Of a stretch of 38,280 bases of DNA, positions 1-7,770 are shown piece by piece. The DNA is from Syntrophaceticus sp. (GTDB lineage Bacteria; Bacillota; DSM-12270; Thermacetogeniales; Thermacetogeniaceae). The notes beneath the pieces are model-generated. The model was not told the origin of the DNA. It made no database searches and saw only the letters and a list, made by a program, of their open reading frames with translations. The translations under genes and the position numbers were made by a program. The DNA is taken from positions 1 through 38,280 of the forward strand of contig JBASML010000225.1 of the NCBI GenBank assembly GCA_049656845.1, read 5' to 3'. Numbering within the stretch: the stretch's first letter is position 1; each line of letters opens with the position of its first letter.

Positions 1-2
1 CT

Positions 3-701
3 GATGAGCACGGTAATGTGGTTCATCTAGGTGAAAGGGACTGTACCCTCCAGAGGAGGCACCAGAAACTGGTAGAAGAGACACCCTGCCCGGTGCTTAA
101 AACGGAGGTAAGGGCAAAGATGGGGAATGATGCGGTGCGTGCCGCCCGGGCAGTTAATTATGCGGGTGCTGGTACAGTAGAGTTTATATTGGACCAGGAG
201 GGGAATTATTATTTTATAGAGATGAATACCCGCATCCAAGTGGAACACCCGGTGACCGAGTGGGTGACCGGCATCGACCTTGTTGGGGAAACCATCAGGA
301 TTGCCGCAGGGGATAAGCTGGGCTACTGTCAAGATGATATCAAGCTAGAAGGTGTTTCCATAGAATGCAGGATCAATGCGGAGGATCCCCAAAGGGACTT
401 TTCTCCCTGCCCAGGCTTAATTACTAACTATCTGCCCCCCGGTGGTATTGGAGTGCGAGTGGATAGCGGAGTTTACCCTGGCTGCCAGGTCAGCCCTTTC
501 TATGATTCCTTGATTGCTAAACTAATCACTTGGGGACGCAATCGCCAAGAGGCAATTCAGCGTATGGAGCGTGCACTGAGTGAGTTTCAGATCGATGGAG
601 TCAAAACTACCATTCCTTTTTTGCAGCAACTGATGCAAAATGAGCAATTTCGTTGTGGCACAGTGGATACCTCCTTTATCAATTCATTGTTAGATCAATG
701 A
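3..701 (+). CDS. accC: Acetyl-CoA carboxylase biotin carboxylase subunit, C-terminal part (5' end outside window)
   Basis: ERDCTLQRRHQK, FIEMNTRIQVEHPVTE, ECRINAED and YDSLIAKLI motifs; frame open from the window edge. Confidence 0.93.
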   Translation, partial: DEHGNVVHLGERDCTLQRRHQKLVEETPCPVLKTEVRAKMGNDAVRAARAVNYAGAGTVEFILDQEGNYYFIEMNTRIQVEHPVTEWVTGIDLVGETIRIAAGDKLGYCQDDIKLEGVSIECRINAEDPQRDFSPCPGLITNYLPPGGIGVRVDSGVYPGCQVSPFYDSLIAKLITWGRNRQEAIQRMERALSEFQIDGVKTTIPFLQQLMQNEQFRCGTVDTSFINSLLDQ

Positions 702-774
702 TACCCTGGAAACACTTTCCTAACTTAGGCTAATTGGTGACAGTCAATAATTTGTAAAATTGCAATCACACCAT

Positions 775-802
775 TTGCAATTCCTTTTTTGACTGGTATA
801 AT
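775..802 (+). promoter_or_regulatory. Sigma-A type promoter for the asp23-nusB operon
   Basis: TTGCAA (775-780), 16-bp spacer, TG-n-TATAAT extended -10 (794-802). Confidence 0.65.
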
Positions 803-853
803 GATTTGTAGATTGGACATAATTAGCAAAATTGAAAAGGAGGTTATGGTGGA

Positions 854-1246
854 ATGGAAACAACTAACCTTGAGGAGACAGGTCGCACATCTCTAGGGGC
901 AATCAGGATTGCTAATGAAGTGGTGGCTGTGATTGCAGGTTTGGCCGCAACCGAGGTTGAGGGGCTTGCGGGTATGAGTGGAGGCATTGCTGGTGGTTTT
1001 ACTGAAATGCTCGGCAGAAAGAACCTATCTAAAGGAGTTAGAGTAGAGGTAGGGGAAAAAGAGACTGCTGTTGACATTTTTGTGATTGTGGAATACGGCG
1101 TTAAGATACCAGATGTTGCTTTCAGAGTGCAGGAGAATGTCAAAAATGCCATCGAAAATATGACAGGTCTTACAGTGGTTGATGTTAATGTACATGTACA
1201 AGGTGTTTCCTTTCCTGAGATGCAGGAAGAGCAGCATATCCAATAG
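854..1246 (+). CDS. Asp23/Gls24 family envelope stress protein (YqhY-like)
   Basis: G.IRIANEVVAVIAGLAA, KGVRVEV, VDIFVIVEYG, VQENVK.AIENMTGL.V..VNVHVQG; SD AAGGAGG. Confidence 0.92.
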   Translation: METTNLEETGRTSLGAIRIANEVVAVIAGLAATEVEGLAGMSGGIAGGFTEMLGRKNLSKGVRVEVGEKETAVDIFVIVEYGVKIPDVAFRVQENVKNAIENMTGLTVVDVNVHVQGVSFPEMQEEQHIQ

Positions 1247-1270
1247 GAAGGGAAAGGAGTATTAAAATTT

Positions 1271-1807
1271 ATGCGCCGGCAAAACCTTTTTTTTCAGGTT
1301 ATTTCAGCTTTGATAATTATTATTATATCTGGTTGTGTTTTTGCGGTTGCTCTTAATTGGATTCAGCCTTTTGCTGTGATAGACAATTTTCTGGCTGTAC
1401 CAGAAAACAGATGGGGAGTTGCAGCTGGAAGTGTAGTTTTAATTCTCTTGTCTATTTGGGCTTTAGTGGCTGCATTTCGAACCCCCCGGGAGCGCGATGT
1501 GGTTATTCAAGAGTCCGGGTTGGGCAGGGTGGAAATTACTACAACTGCATTAGAGAGCTTGATACGACGGGCAGCCCGGGATGTGCGGGATGTGCGGGAT
1601 GTCAAGCCGATTCTACGCATGGACCAGGATGGCCTCGTGGTTATTCTGCATATGAATGTTAATCCTGAAGCTAATTTACCAGATATCTCACGCGATGTGC
1701 AGGAAATTGTTCAGGAGAACCTGGAGAAAAAGGCTGGGGTGCAGGTTTCGAAGGTGCAGGTGCTGATCCAAAGTGTTGCCGCGGATATACGTCCTCGGGT
1801 GGAATAG
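1271..1807 (+). CDS. amaP: Alkaline shock response membrane anchor protein, AmaP family
   Basis: Two N-terminal TM segments followed by an Asp23-like domain (LGRVEIT..ALESL); conserved position after asp23. Confidence 0.8.
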   Translation: MRRQNLFFQVISALIIIIISGCVFAVALNWIQPFAVIDNFLAVPENRWGVAAGSVVLILLSIWALVAAFRTPRERDVVIQESGLGRVEITTTALESLIRRAARDVRDVRDVKPILRMDQDGLVVILHMNVNPEANLPDISRDVQEIVQENLEKKAGVQVSKVQVLIQSVAADIRPRVE

Positions 1808-1823
1808 AAAGGAAGTACCTGAT

Positions 1824-2036
1824 ATGAGTAGAAACTTTTCTGAGATTTTGCAGTACCTTTTAGATAACCACCGGGGAAAGCTATTGGGTTTGGCCCTGGG
1901 ATTGATAATTGGGTTGCTTATTATATCTTTTGGTTTTTGGAAGTCACTATTGGTTATTCTTTGTGTTGTTATCGGTTATTTTCTGGGGAAACGTTTTGAT
2001 GAAGGGGAAGGCCCAGGAGACTGGTGGGAGCATTAG
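1824..2036 (+). CDS. DUF2273 small membrane protein
   Basis: HRGKLLG..LGL...L.I..FGFWK..L....IGY.LG.R.D pattern; ATG 1824 after AAAGGAAG. Confidence 0.8.
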   Translation: MSRNFSEILQYLLDNHRGKLLGLALGLIIGLLIISFGFWKSLLVILCVVIGYFLGKRFDEGEGPGDWWEH

Positions 2037-2098
2037 AGCGGTACTTCTATTGATTGCTTGAGTAGGCCCAGCCAAAGGATATGAAGGGGGGCAGGCCA

Positions 2099-2521
2099 TT
2101 GGGCAGAAGGCGGGCCAGAGAGATTGCACTACAAGTATTGTTTCAGGTTGATCTCGTCAATGCAGAACCATATCGTGCTTTAGATTACCTGCTGGCTGAA
2201 AATAATGTGCCCGACGATATGGCTGTTTTTATTCGTTCGTTGGTCAAGGGAACACTTGAACATTTATTTGAAATAGATGAGTACATTAAACGCTATGCCA
2301 TTGAATGGGATCTGACCCGTATGGCTAATGTGGATCGTAATATATTAAGATTAGGAATTTATGAAATGCTGTATTACAATGGTACACCACTCAATGTAGC
2401 CATCAATGAAGCCCTGGAACTGGCCAAGACGTTCAGTCATGAAGAAGCCGCACGCTTTATTAATGGTATCATGGGTAAGATTGCCAGAGAAAAAATTGGA
2501 GATCCCGGCACAATCAACTAA
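2099..2521 (+). CDS. nusB: Transcription antitermination factor NusB
   Basis: RRRAREIALQVLFQ, W.L.RM..VDRNILRL, AINEALELAK, FINGI; TTG start after AAGGGGG. Confidence 0.95.
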   Translation: MGRRRAREIALQVLFQVDLVNAEPYRALDYLLAENNVPDDMAVFIRSLVKGTLEHLFEIDEYIKRYAIEWDLTRMANVDRNILRLGIYEMLYYNGTPLNVAINEALELAKTFSHEEAARFINGIMGKIAREKIGDPGTIN

Positions 2522-2540
2522 TGCCGGGGTTTTTTATTTT
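2504..2540 (+). terminator. Intrinsic terminator overlapping the nusB stop
   Basis: CCCGGCA / TGCCGGG stem followed by GTTTTTTATTTT. Confidence 0.65.
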
Positions 2541-2571
2541 GGGAAAAGGGGAGAAAGTTTTACTCATCATG

Positions 2572-2609
2572 GCAGGAATTTGCATAGTCTGTTACGAATA
2601 TATTCGTAA
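2572..2609 (+). promoter_or_regulatory. Sigma-H-like promoter overlapped by a perfect 18-bp palindrome, upstream of the folD pair
   Basis: GCAGGA (AGGA 2574-2577)-N18-GAAT (2596-2599); palindrome TTACGAATATATTCGTAA at 2592-2609. Confidence 0.5.
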
Positions 2610-2795
2610 GCAGATTGCTTTTTTTAGTCCAATTATACAATGAATTGTAAAAAAATAAAGGACAACCTGTTTATATGGTTTGTGTATGATAATGTTTAGT
2701 TTTTTTGAAAATGTAAGCTGAATTGGGGATGGGGGTGAGTACAGGTAACGGTTTTTTAGTAAAAATACTGTTATAGAAAATAAGGAGGAGGAAAG

Positions 2796-3665
2796 ATGCC
2801 AGCACAACTATTAAAGGGCAAACCTATTGCAGACAAAATCAAAGAGGATGTTAAAAAAGAGGTTGAGGAGTTAAAGGCCAAGGGGGTTGCTCCGAGTCTT
2901 GTAGCCATTCAGGTAGGTGAGAATGAGGCATCAAAGGTTTATACCAATGCTCAGAAGAAAAACGCTGAGCTTTGTGGCATCAAATATGACCTACAAGAAT
3001 TGCCTGCAGACATGACACAGGAGCAGCTGCTTAAGCACATCGATGGGTTAAATGCAGACCCTAATATTACCGGGATAATTTTGCAGATGCCTGTGCCTGA
3101 GCAGATTGATGCTAAGGTATGCCAGTGGAGAATCGCTTATGAAAAAGACGTTGAGGGTGTTACACCCACTAATATGGGTCTTGTTACCTTTGGCAAGCCC
3201 AGACTGGTACCATGTACAGCCTTAGGGGCATTTGAACTGATTAAGTCTACAGGTGTCGATATTTATGGTAAAGAAGTTGTTGTGGTTGGCCACAGTGATA
3301 TCGTAGGCAAACCAGCAGCACTGCTGCTTTTGAACAGTTTCGGTACAGTAACAGTTTGTCATATTGCAACAGGGCAGAGGGGTTTAACTGAAGAGCATGT
3401 ACGCAGGGCCGAGATTTTGGTTGTAGCAGTAGGTGTACCCCACCTGGTTAAAGGTGACTGGGTTAGAGAGGGTGCCATTGTTGTGGATATCGGGATCAAC
3501 CCCAAGGACGGTAAGATCTTGGGTGATGTGGAGACCGAGGTAGCCATGGAAAAAGCAGCCTGGATTACCCCGGTTCCGGGAGGTGCTGGTACTGCAACAA
3601 CAGCCATTTTGATGCGCAACACTGTTGAGGCAGCTAAGTGGCAGATGGAGATGAAACAGTCCTAA
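2796..3665 (+). CDS. folD: FolD-family protein 1; probably a methylene-THF dehydrogenase lacking the cyclohydrolase Lys
   Basis: GIILQMP, KDVEG, PCT, GHSDIVGKP, DIGIN, ITPVPGG; YxxxK motif is YTNAQ; strong SD AAGGAGGAGG. Confidence 0.9.
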   Translation: MPAQLLKGKPIADKIKEDVKKEVEELKAKGVAPSLVAIQVGENEASKVYTNAQKKNAELCGIKYDLQELPADMTQEQLLKHIDGLNADPNITGIILQMPVPEQIDAKVCQWRIAYEKDVEGVTPTNMGLVTFGKPRLVPCTALGAFELIKSTGVDIYGKEVVVVGHSDIVGKPAALLLLNSFGTVTVCHIATGQRGLTEEHVRRAEILVVAVGVPHLVKGDWVREGAIVVDIGINPKDGKILGDVETEVAMEKAAWITPVPGGAGTATTAILMRNTVEAAKWQMEMKQS

Positions 3666-3679
3666 ATTCAGTGAACATC

Positions 3680-3721
3680 AAGGGAGAACTGGATCCCAGG
3701 AAGGTGTTCCAGTTCTCCTTT
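3680..3721 (+). terminator. Stem-loop between the two folD genes (partial terminator or mRNA stabiliser)
   Basis: GGAGAACTGGA (3683-3693) / TCCAGTTCTCC (3708-3718) perfect 11-bp stem, followed by TTT. Confidence 0.55.
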
Positions 3722-3769
3722 CCTTGTGGAGAATAGACTGTAATGACCGTAATGAAGGAGGTTTATTCG

Positions 3770-4624
3770 ATGCCAGCTGTGCGTATTAATGGAAAGGAAA
3801 TGGCGGCAGAGGTGCGGGAGATGCTCACTAAAGAGGTTGAGCAGCTCAAAAAGAAAGGTATTACACCCGGTATGGCCACTGTTCTGGTGGGTGGTGCTGA
3901 AGACTCCGCTATTTATGTGCGTAACAAAGGCAAGAATTGTGAAGCTGTAGGTGGATACGCAGAACTCCATCACCTGAGCGAGGATATAACTATTGACGAG
4001 CTGATGGGCCTTATCGATAGGCTCAACAAAGATGATAAAATCCACGGGATTCTTGTCCAGCTGCCTTTACCAGGGGAGCTTGACAAGTATGAAAAACAGG
4101 TGATGAATTCCATTCTTCCGGAGAAGGATATTGATGCCTTTCATCCCGTGAACCTGGGTAATCTTATGATCGGTGATCAATGCTACCGGGGTGTGACTGC
4201 TAATGCTTGTGTTAAAATACTGGAGAACATCAATGTTGATTTCAAGGGTAAGCATGCTGTTGTTGTAGGCTGGTCCATTGAAATTGGCAAGCCTGTAACC
4301 TTGATGCTCTTTGAAAAAGGATGTGCGGTTACCCTGGTGCATCCAGATGAGGACTTTGTGCCTTATACAAAACAGGCAGATATCATCATAACTGAGGTAG
4401 GCAGGCCACGGGCAATTACTGGTGATATGATCAAGCCGGGTGCTATTGTTATCGACACTGGTTCCAATTGGATCGATGGAAAGACCATCGGGGATGTGGA
4501 CTATGACAGTGCTGTTGAGGTAGCCAGCTACATTACCCCGGTACCCGGTGGGGTGGGACCCATGCGTATCATTATGTTGATTTACAACCTTGTGGAAGCT
4601 GCCAAGCGATTAAGTGGGGTGTAA
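3770..4624 (+). CDS. folD: FolD-family protein 2; cyclohydrolase residues intact, NAD(P) site divergent
   Basis: YVRNK, GILVQLPLP, KDIDAFHP, ITPVPGGVGPM; ATG 3770 after AAGGAGGT. Confidence 0.9.
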   Translation: MPAVRINGKEMAAEVREMLTKEVEQLKKKGITPGMATVLVGGAEDSAIYVRNKGKNCEAVGGYAELHHLSEDITIDELMGLIDRLNKDDKIHGILVQLPLPGELDKYEKQVMNSILPEKDIDAFHPVNLGNLMIGDQCYRGVTANACVKILENINVDFKGKHAVVVGWSIEIGKPVTLMLFEKGCAVTLVHPDEDFVPYTKQADIIITEVGRPRAITGDMIKPGAIVIDTGSNWIDGKTIGDVDYDSAVEVASYITPVPGGVGPMRIIMLIYNLVEAAKRLSGV

Positions 4625-4630
4625 ACAGTT

Positions 4631-5863
4631 ATTGAGCGGCGGATCTATCAGGTAGGCGAAGTTAACGCCTACCTGCGTACCCTTTTGGATGCAGATCCCT
4701 TTCTTAATGATCTCTGGGTGCGTGGGGAAATCTCCAATTACAAACGTCACAGTTCGGGACATCTTTACTTTACATTAAAAGATCAAAAAGGCCGTCTGAG
4801 GTGTGTAATGTTTCGTTCCCGAGGAAAGAGCCTTACTTTCCTGCCATCTGATGGGATGAGGGTCCTGGCCAGGGGATATATAAGTATTTATGAGAGGGAC
4901 GGCTTATGCCAGTTTTATGTTCAGGAGCTTGCACCTGATGGGCAAGGGGCACTTTACCAGGCATTCTGTCAGTTAAAGGATCGTCTCCAGGGAGAGGGTC
5001 TTTTCGCGCCTGAACACAAAAAGGCTATTCCTTACCTTCCCCAGAGGGTTGGTATTGTTACATCGCCAACAGGGGCTGCCTGGCGTGATCTGATTACAGT
5101 GATCAGGAGGCGTTTCCCAGAGATGCCTGTGGTGCTGGCACCATCAGCTGTCCAAGGGGAGGATGCCCCACAGGAGATCTGTTCTGCTCTTGATGCTTTA
5201 AATAAGAGACAGGATATCGATGTAATAATTTTAGGGCGCGGGGGTGGTTCACTTGAGGAGCTCTGGGCCTTTAACACTGAAGAGGTTGCCCGCGCTATTT
5301 TTTATTCACGGATCCCGGTGGTCAGTGCTGTGGGACATGAAACAGATTATACCATTGCAGACATGGTGGCGGATCTGCGGGCACCTACACCTTCTGCAGC
5401 AGCGGAGATGGTTGTTCCCTGTCGTGAGGAGTTGGATGAGAAGATATCCCAGTGCCAGGAGAGGATGATCAGGTCCATCTACCAGAAGATACAAGGAGCA
5501 CAGGAGAGTATCTGTTCGTACTCTGTTAAAAATCTAGGGGCTTTACTTTACCGCACTGCTTTTATAAATAAGCAGGAAGTGAGTCACTACTGCTCACACT
5601 TGCTGCACAGAACACGCCTCATCGGTAACCAGGCCTCCCAGGAAGTGAAGTCCCTGGCTGGAAAGTTGGATGCGTTGAACCCACTTATGGTATTGGAAAG
5701 GGGTTACAGCATCTGTTTGGATGCTCACTCTGGGGAATTGGTTCAGGACAGCAGTAATATAAATATAGGTGATTCAGTGACTGTAATACTCCGGAAAGGC
5801 AGCCTTGATTGCGAAGTCAGAGGAATGGAGGAGGAAAACCCTTGGAACACCAGCAAAATCTAG
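4631..5863 (+). CDS. xseA: Exodeoxyribonuclease VII large subunit (start inferred at ATT 4631; first canonical start is TTG 4685)
   Basis: WVRGEISN, SGHLYFTLKD, RGGGSLEELWAFN, SAVGHETD, ADLRAPTPSAAAE, VLERGYS. Confidence 0.93.
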   Translation: MERRIYQVGEVNAYLRTLLDADPFLNDLWVRGEISNYKRHSSGHLYFTLKDQKGRLRCVMFRSRGKSLTFLPSDGMRVLARGYISIYERDGLCQFYVQELAPDGQGALYQAFCQLKDRLQGEGLFAPEHKKAIPYLPQRVGIVTSPTGAAWRDLITVIRRRFPEMPVVLAPSAVQGEDAPQEICSALDALNKRQDIDVIILGRGGGSLEELWAFNTEEVARAIFYSRIPVVSAVGHETDYTIADMVADLRAPTPSAAAEMVVPCREELDEKISQCQERMIRSIYQKIQGAQESICSYSVKNLGALLYRTAFINKQEVSHYCSHLLHRTRLIGNQASQEVKSLAGKLDALNPLMVLERGYSICLDAHSGELVQDSSNINIGDSVTVILRKGSLDCEVRGMEEENPWNTSKI

Positions 5864-6111
5864 AGCAAACATTGACATTTGAAGAAGCCATGGAAAAGCT
5901 GGCATCTGTGGTCAGTGAGCTGGAAAAGGGTGAACTGTCTCTAGATGAATCACTCAAAGCTTTTGAAAAGGGGATTGGCCTGTTGCGCATTCTCATTAAA
6001 AGACTCAACTCTTTTGAGGAACGCGTAGAGGTGCTCTTGGATGATTTTTATAGTGAAGCACCCCCATGGTTACAACAGAACCAGGAGTCAAGGGGGAGGA
6101 CATCCAAGTGA
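5842..6111 (+). CDS. xseB: Exodeoxyribonuclease VII small subunit
   Basis: TFEEAMEKL..VV.ELE.GELSLDESL..FEKG; TTG after GGAGGAGG. Confidence 0.92.
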   Translation: MEHQQNLEQTLTFEEAMEKLASVVSELEKGELSLDESLKAFEKGIGLLRILIKRLNSFEERVEVLLDDFYSEAPPWLQQNQESRGRTSK

Positions 6112-6995
6112 ACTGGAAAGATGCCCTTGCTTATAAGGCAGAACTGATCAATGGTGCTCTGGATCTCCTGCTGCCACCGGCTACTACTTACCCTTTGCGG
6201 ATTCATGAGGCCATGCGCTACAGCATCTTTGCCGGGGGAAAGCGCTTGCGTGGAGCTCTTCTTCTAGCTGTTGCCGAAATTTTTGGGACAGAGATGGACC
6301 GCGTTTTGCCGGCAGCTGCTGCGTTGGAGATGATCCATACCTACTCTCTGGTTCACGATGATCTGCCGGCCATGGATAATGATGATTACAGGCGTGGTAA
6401 GCTTACCTGTCATAAGGTATATGGAGAGGCTGTAGCAATCCTGGCTGGGGATGCACTTTTGACCATGGCTTTTGGGACACTGGCCAGTCTCCAGAGGAAA
6501 GGGTTTAAATCTGATGTGGTGCTCCGGGTTATCCAGGAGATTGATCAAGCTGTGGGTTCACAAGGGCTTATCGGTGGTCAGGTGGTTGATCTAGAATCAG
6601 AAGGGGCCAGGGTGAGCAAAAAAACCTTGGAGTACATCCATAACCACAAGACAGGGGCGCTTTTTTCTGCAGCGGTAAGGAGTGGGGCATTGTTGGCTGG
6701 TGCCCAGGATGATGAGCTGCAGGATTTAAGTAAATATGCCATGTCTTTTGGCCTTGCTTTCCAAATTACTGATGACCTGCTGGATATCACAGGTGATGAA
6801 AATTTGCTAGGCAAAAAACCTGGGCGTGATTTGGCTAAACAGAAAGCAACTTACCCTGGAATCTTAGGGGTGGCACAGGCCAGGGAGATAGCAGAAAACC
6901 AGGTAAAGGAATGCCAGTTGAGCATTGCTCGGTTTGGTCCCCGGGCTGACTTCTTAAGGGGTGCTGCGAACTATATTTTGGCCCGGGAAACTTGA
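6108..6995 (+). CDS. ispA: Polyprenyl (farnesyl/geranylgeranyl) diphosphate synthase
   Basis: GGKRLR, YSLVHDDLPAMDNDDYRRGK, FQITDDLLD; GTG overlapping the xseB stop (GTGA). Confidence 0.93.
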   Translation: MNWKDALAYKAELINGALDLLLPPATTYPLRIHEAMRYSIFAGGKRLRGALLLAVAEIFGTEMDRVLPAAAALEMIHTYSLVHDDLPAMDNDDYRRGKLTCHKVYGEAVAILAGDALLTMAFGTLASLQRKGFKSDVVLRVIQEIDQAVGSQGLIGGQVVDLESEGARVSKKTLEYIHNHKTGALFSAAVRSGALLAGAQDDELQDLSKYAMSFGLAFQITDDLLDITGDENLLGKKPGRDLAKQKATYPGILGVAQAREIAENQVKECQLSIARFGPRADFLRGAANYILARET

Positions 6996-7005
6996 TATGA
7001 TAACT

Positions 7006-7026
7006 AATCACTAACCACCAACCGCC
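7006..7026 (+). repeat. Heptamer tandem array (AATCACT AACCACC AACCGCC)
   Basis: Read directly; same unit occurs at 29501-29543, 29618-29645 and, inverted, at ~32966-32993. Confidence 0.6.
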
Positions 7027-7029
7027 AAT

Positions 7030-7057
7030 TTGTTTTAACATGAAAATGTGTTATAAT
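7030..7057 (+). promoter_or_regulatory. Sigma-A promoter of the OLE RNA
   Basis: TG-T-TATAAT extended -10 at 7049-7057, weak TTGTTT -35; ~25 nt upstream of the OLE P1 stem. Confidence 0.65.
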
Positions 7058-7082
7058 ATTGTTCACAAACACATAGAAGAGC

Positions 7083-7676
7083 ATGAGCAGGTGGTGCAGT
7101 ATTCTAGTCGTAGAGATCTGTTTCGAAGGCGGGCCTAAAAATCCGTCACGGGCACATCGATGAAGTTCCTGGTGCTGGCTTTCGACGCCCAGTTGGGGGC
7201 TTGTGCTGGGAGTTAAGGATGAAGGGCGATCTACAATGGCATGTAGGCGATGACCCTTCATCCGCGGAGGCTCAAGTTTGTGGCAAATAGCTACGGCTTT
7301 GAGTTGAACCTGCATGCGGTACCGGATAGTGCTGTGTGCAGTGTAGCCTGCCTTGAGTGGTGCTGGTGGATGCCTAGATGATGATGGCTTGCCACTGTAA
7401 GGGCCCTTACAGCTAATAGCCAGAGCTGAAACCTTCACTGCAAAAGAGGCTAGAAACAGATTGAAACGCCGAGGAAATCTCCTAGACTGTCTGCATGAGG
7501 CGGCTTCTGCTGGGGATTAAAGTGTGGACTAAGTGGTAATCTAGCCCTGCTGTCGGCGACGAAGCAGAACAAGGTTAAAGGGAAACCACCTGGATGGCGA
7601 CGTCCAGGCCCTTGGTTGGGAAAACCTGCTAGACCTAAGCCGCAATATTTACCCATCAGGAGACCCACCTGCTCGT
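7083..7676 (+). ncRNA. ole: OLE RNA (ornate, large, extremophilic RNA)
   Basis: Recognisable OLE blocks: GGTGCAGTATTCTAGTC, GGGCACATCGATGAAGTTCCTGGTGCTGG, TGTGCTGGGAGTTAA, GTGCAGTGTAGCCTGCCTTGAGTG, GCAAAAGAGGCTA, AAAGGGAAACC. Closing stem GAGCAGGTGG (7085-7094) / CCACCTGCTC (7665-7674). ~590 nt; canonical ispA-ole-oapA-dxs synteny. Confidence 0.95.
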
Positions 7677-7770
7677 TATTATGTTTTAGATCTCAGGGTT
7701 GGAGGACGAGGTGACAAACCTTACCCCAACCTATTTACTTATAATATTTCATATTTCGCGGGTGACCTTG

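Noticed and set aside
1577..1602. 9-bp tandem repeat CGGGATGTG x3 in amaP (RDV-RDV-RDV)
   Set aside because: In frame, short, and fits the natural periodicity of this protein segment; no sign of a contingency locus
4622..4633. Possible FolD2-XseA read-through fusion (same frame, one TAA)
   Set aside because: TAA is an efficient stop, both proteins are full length separately, and no recoding signal is evident
7004..7668. Minus-strand ORFs of 144 aa and 72 aa in the ispA-oapA gap
   Set aside because: Antisense shadows of the OLE RNA with no recognisable protein motifs
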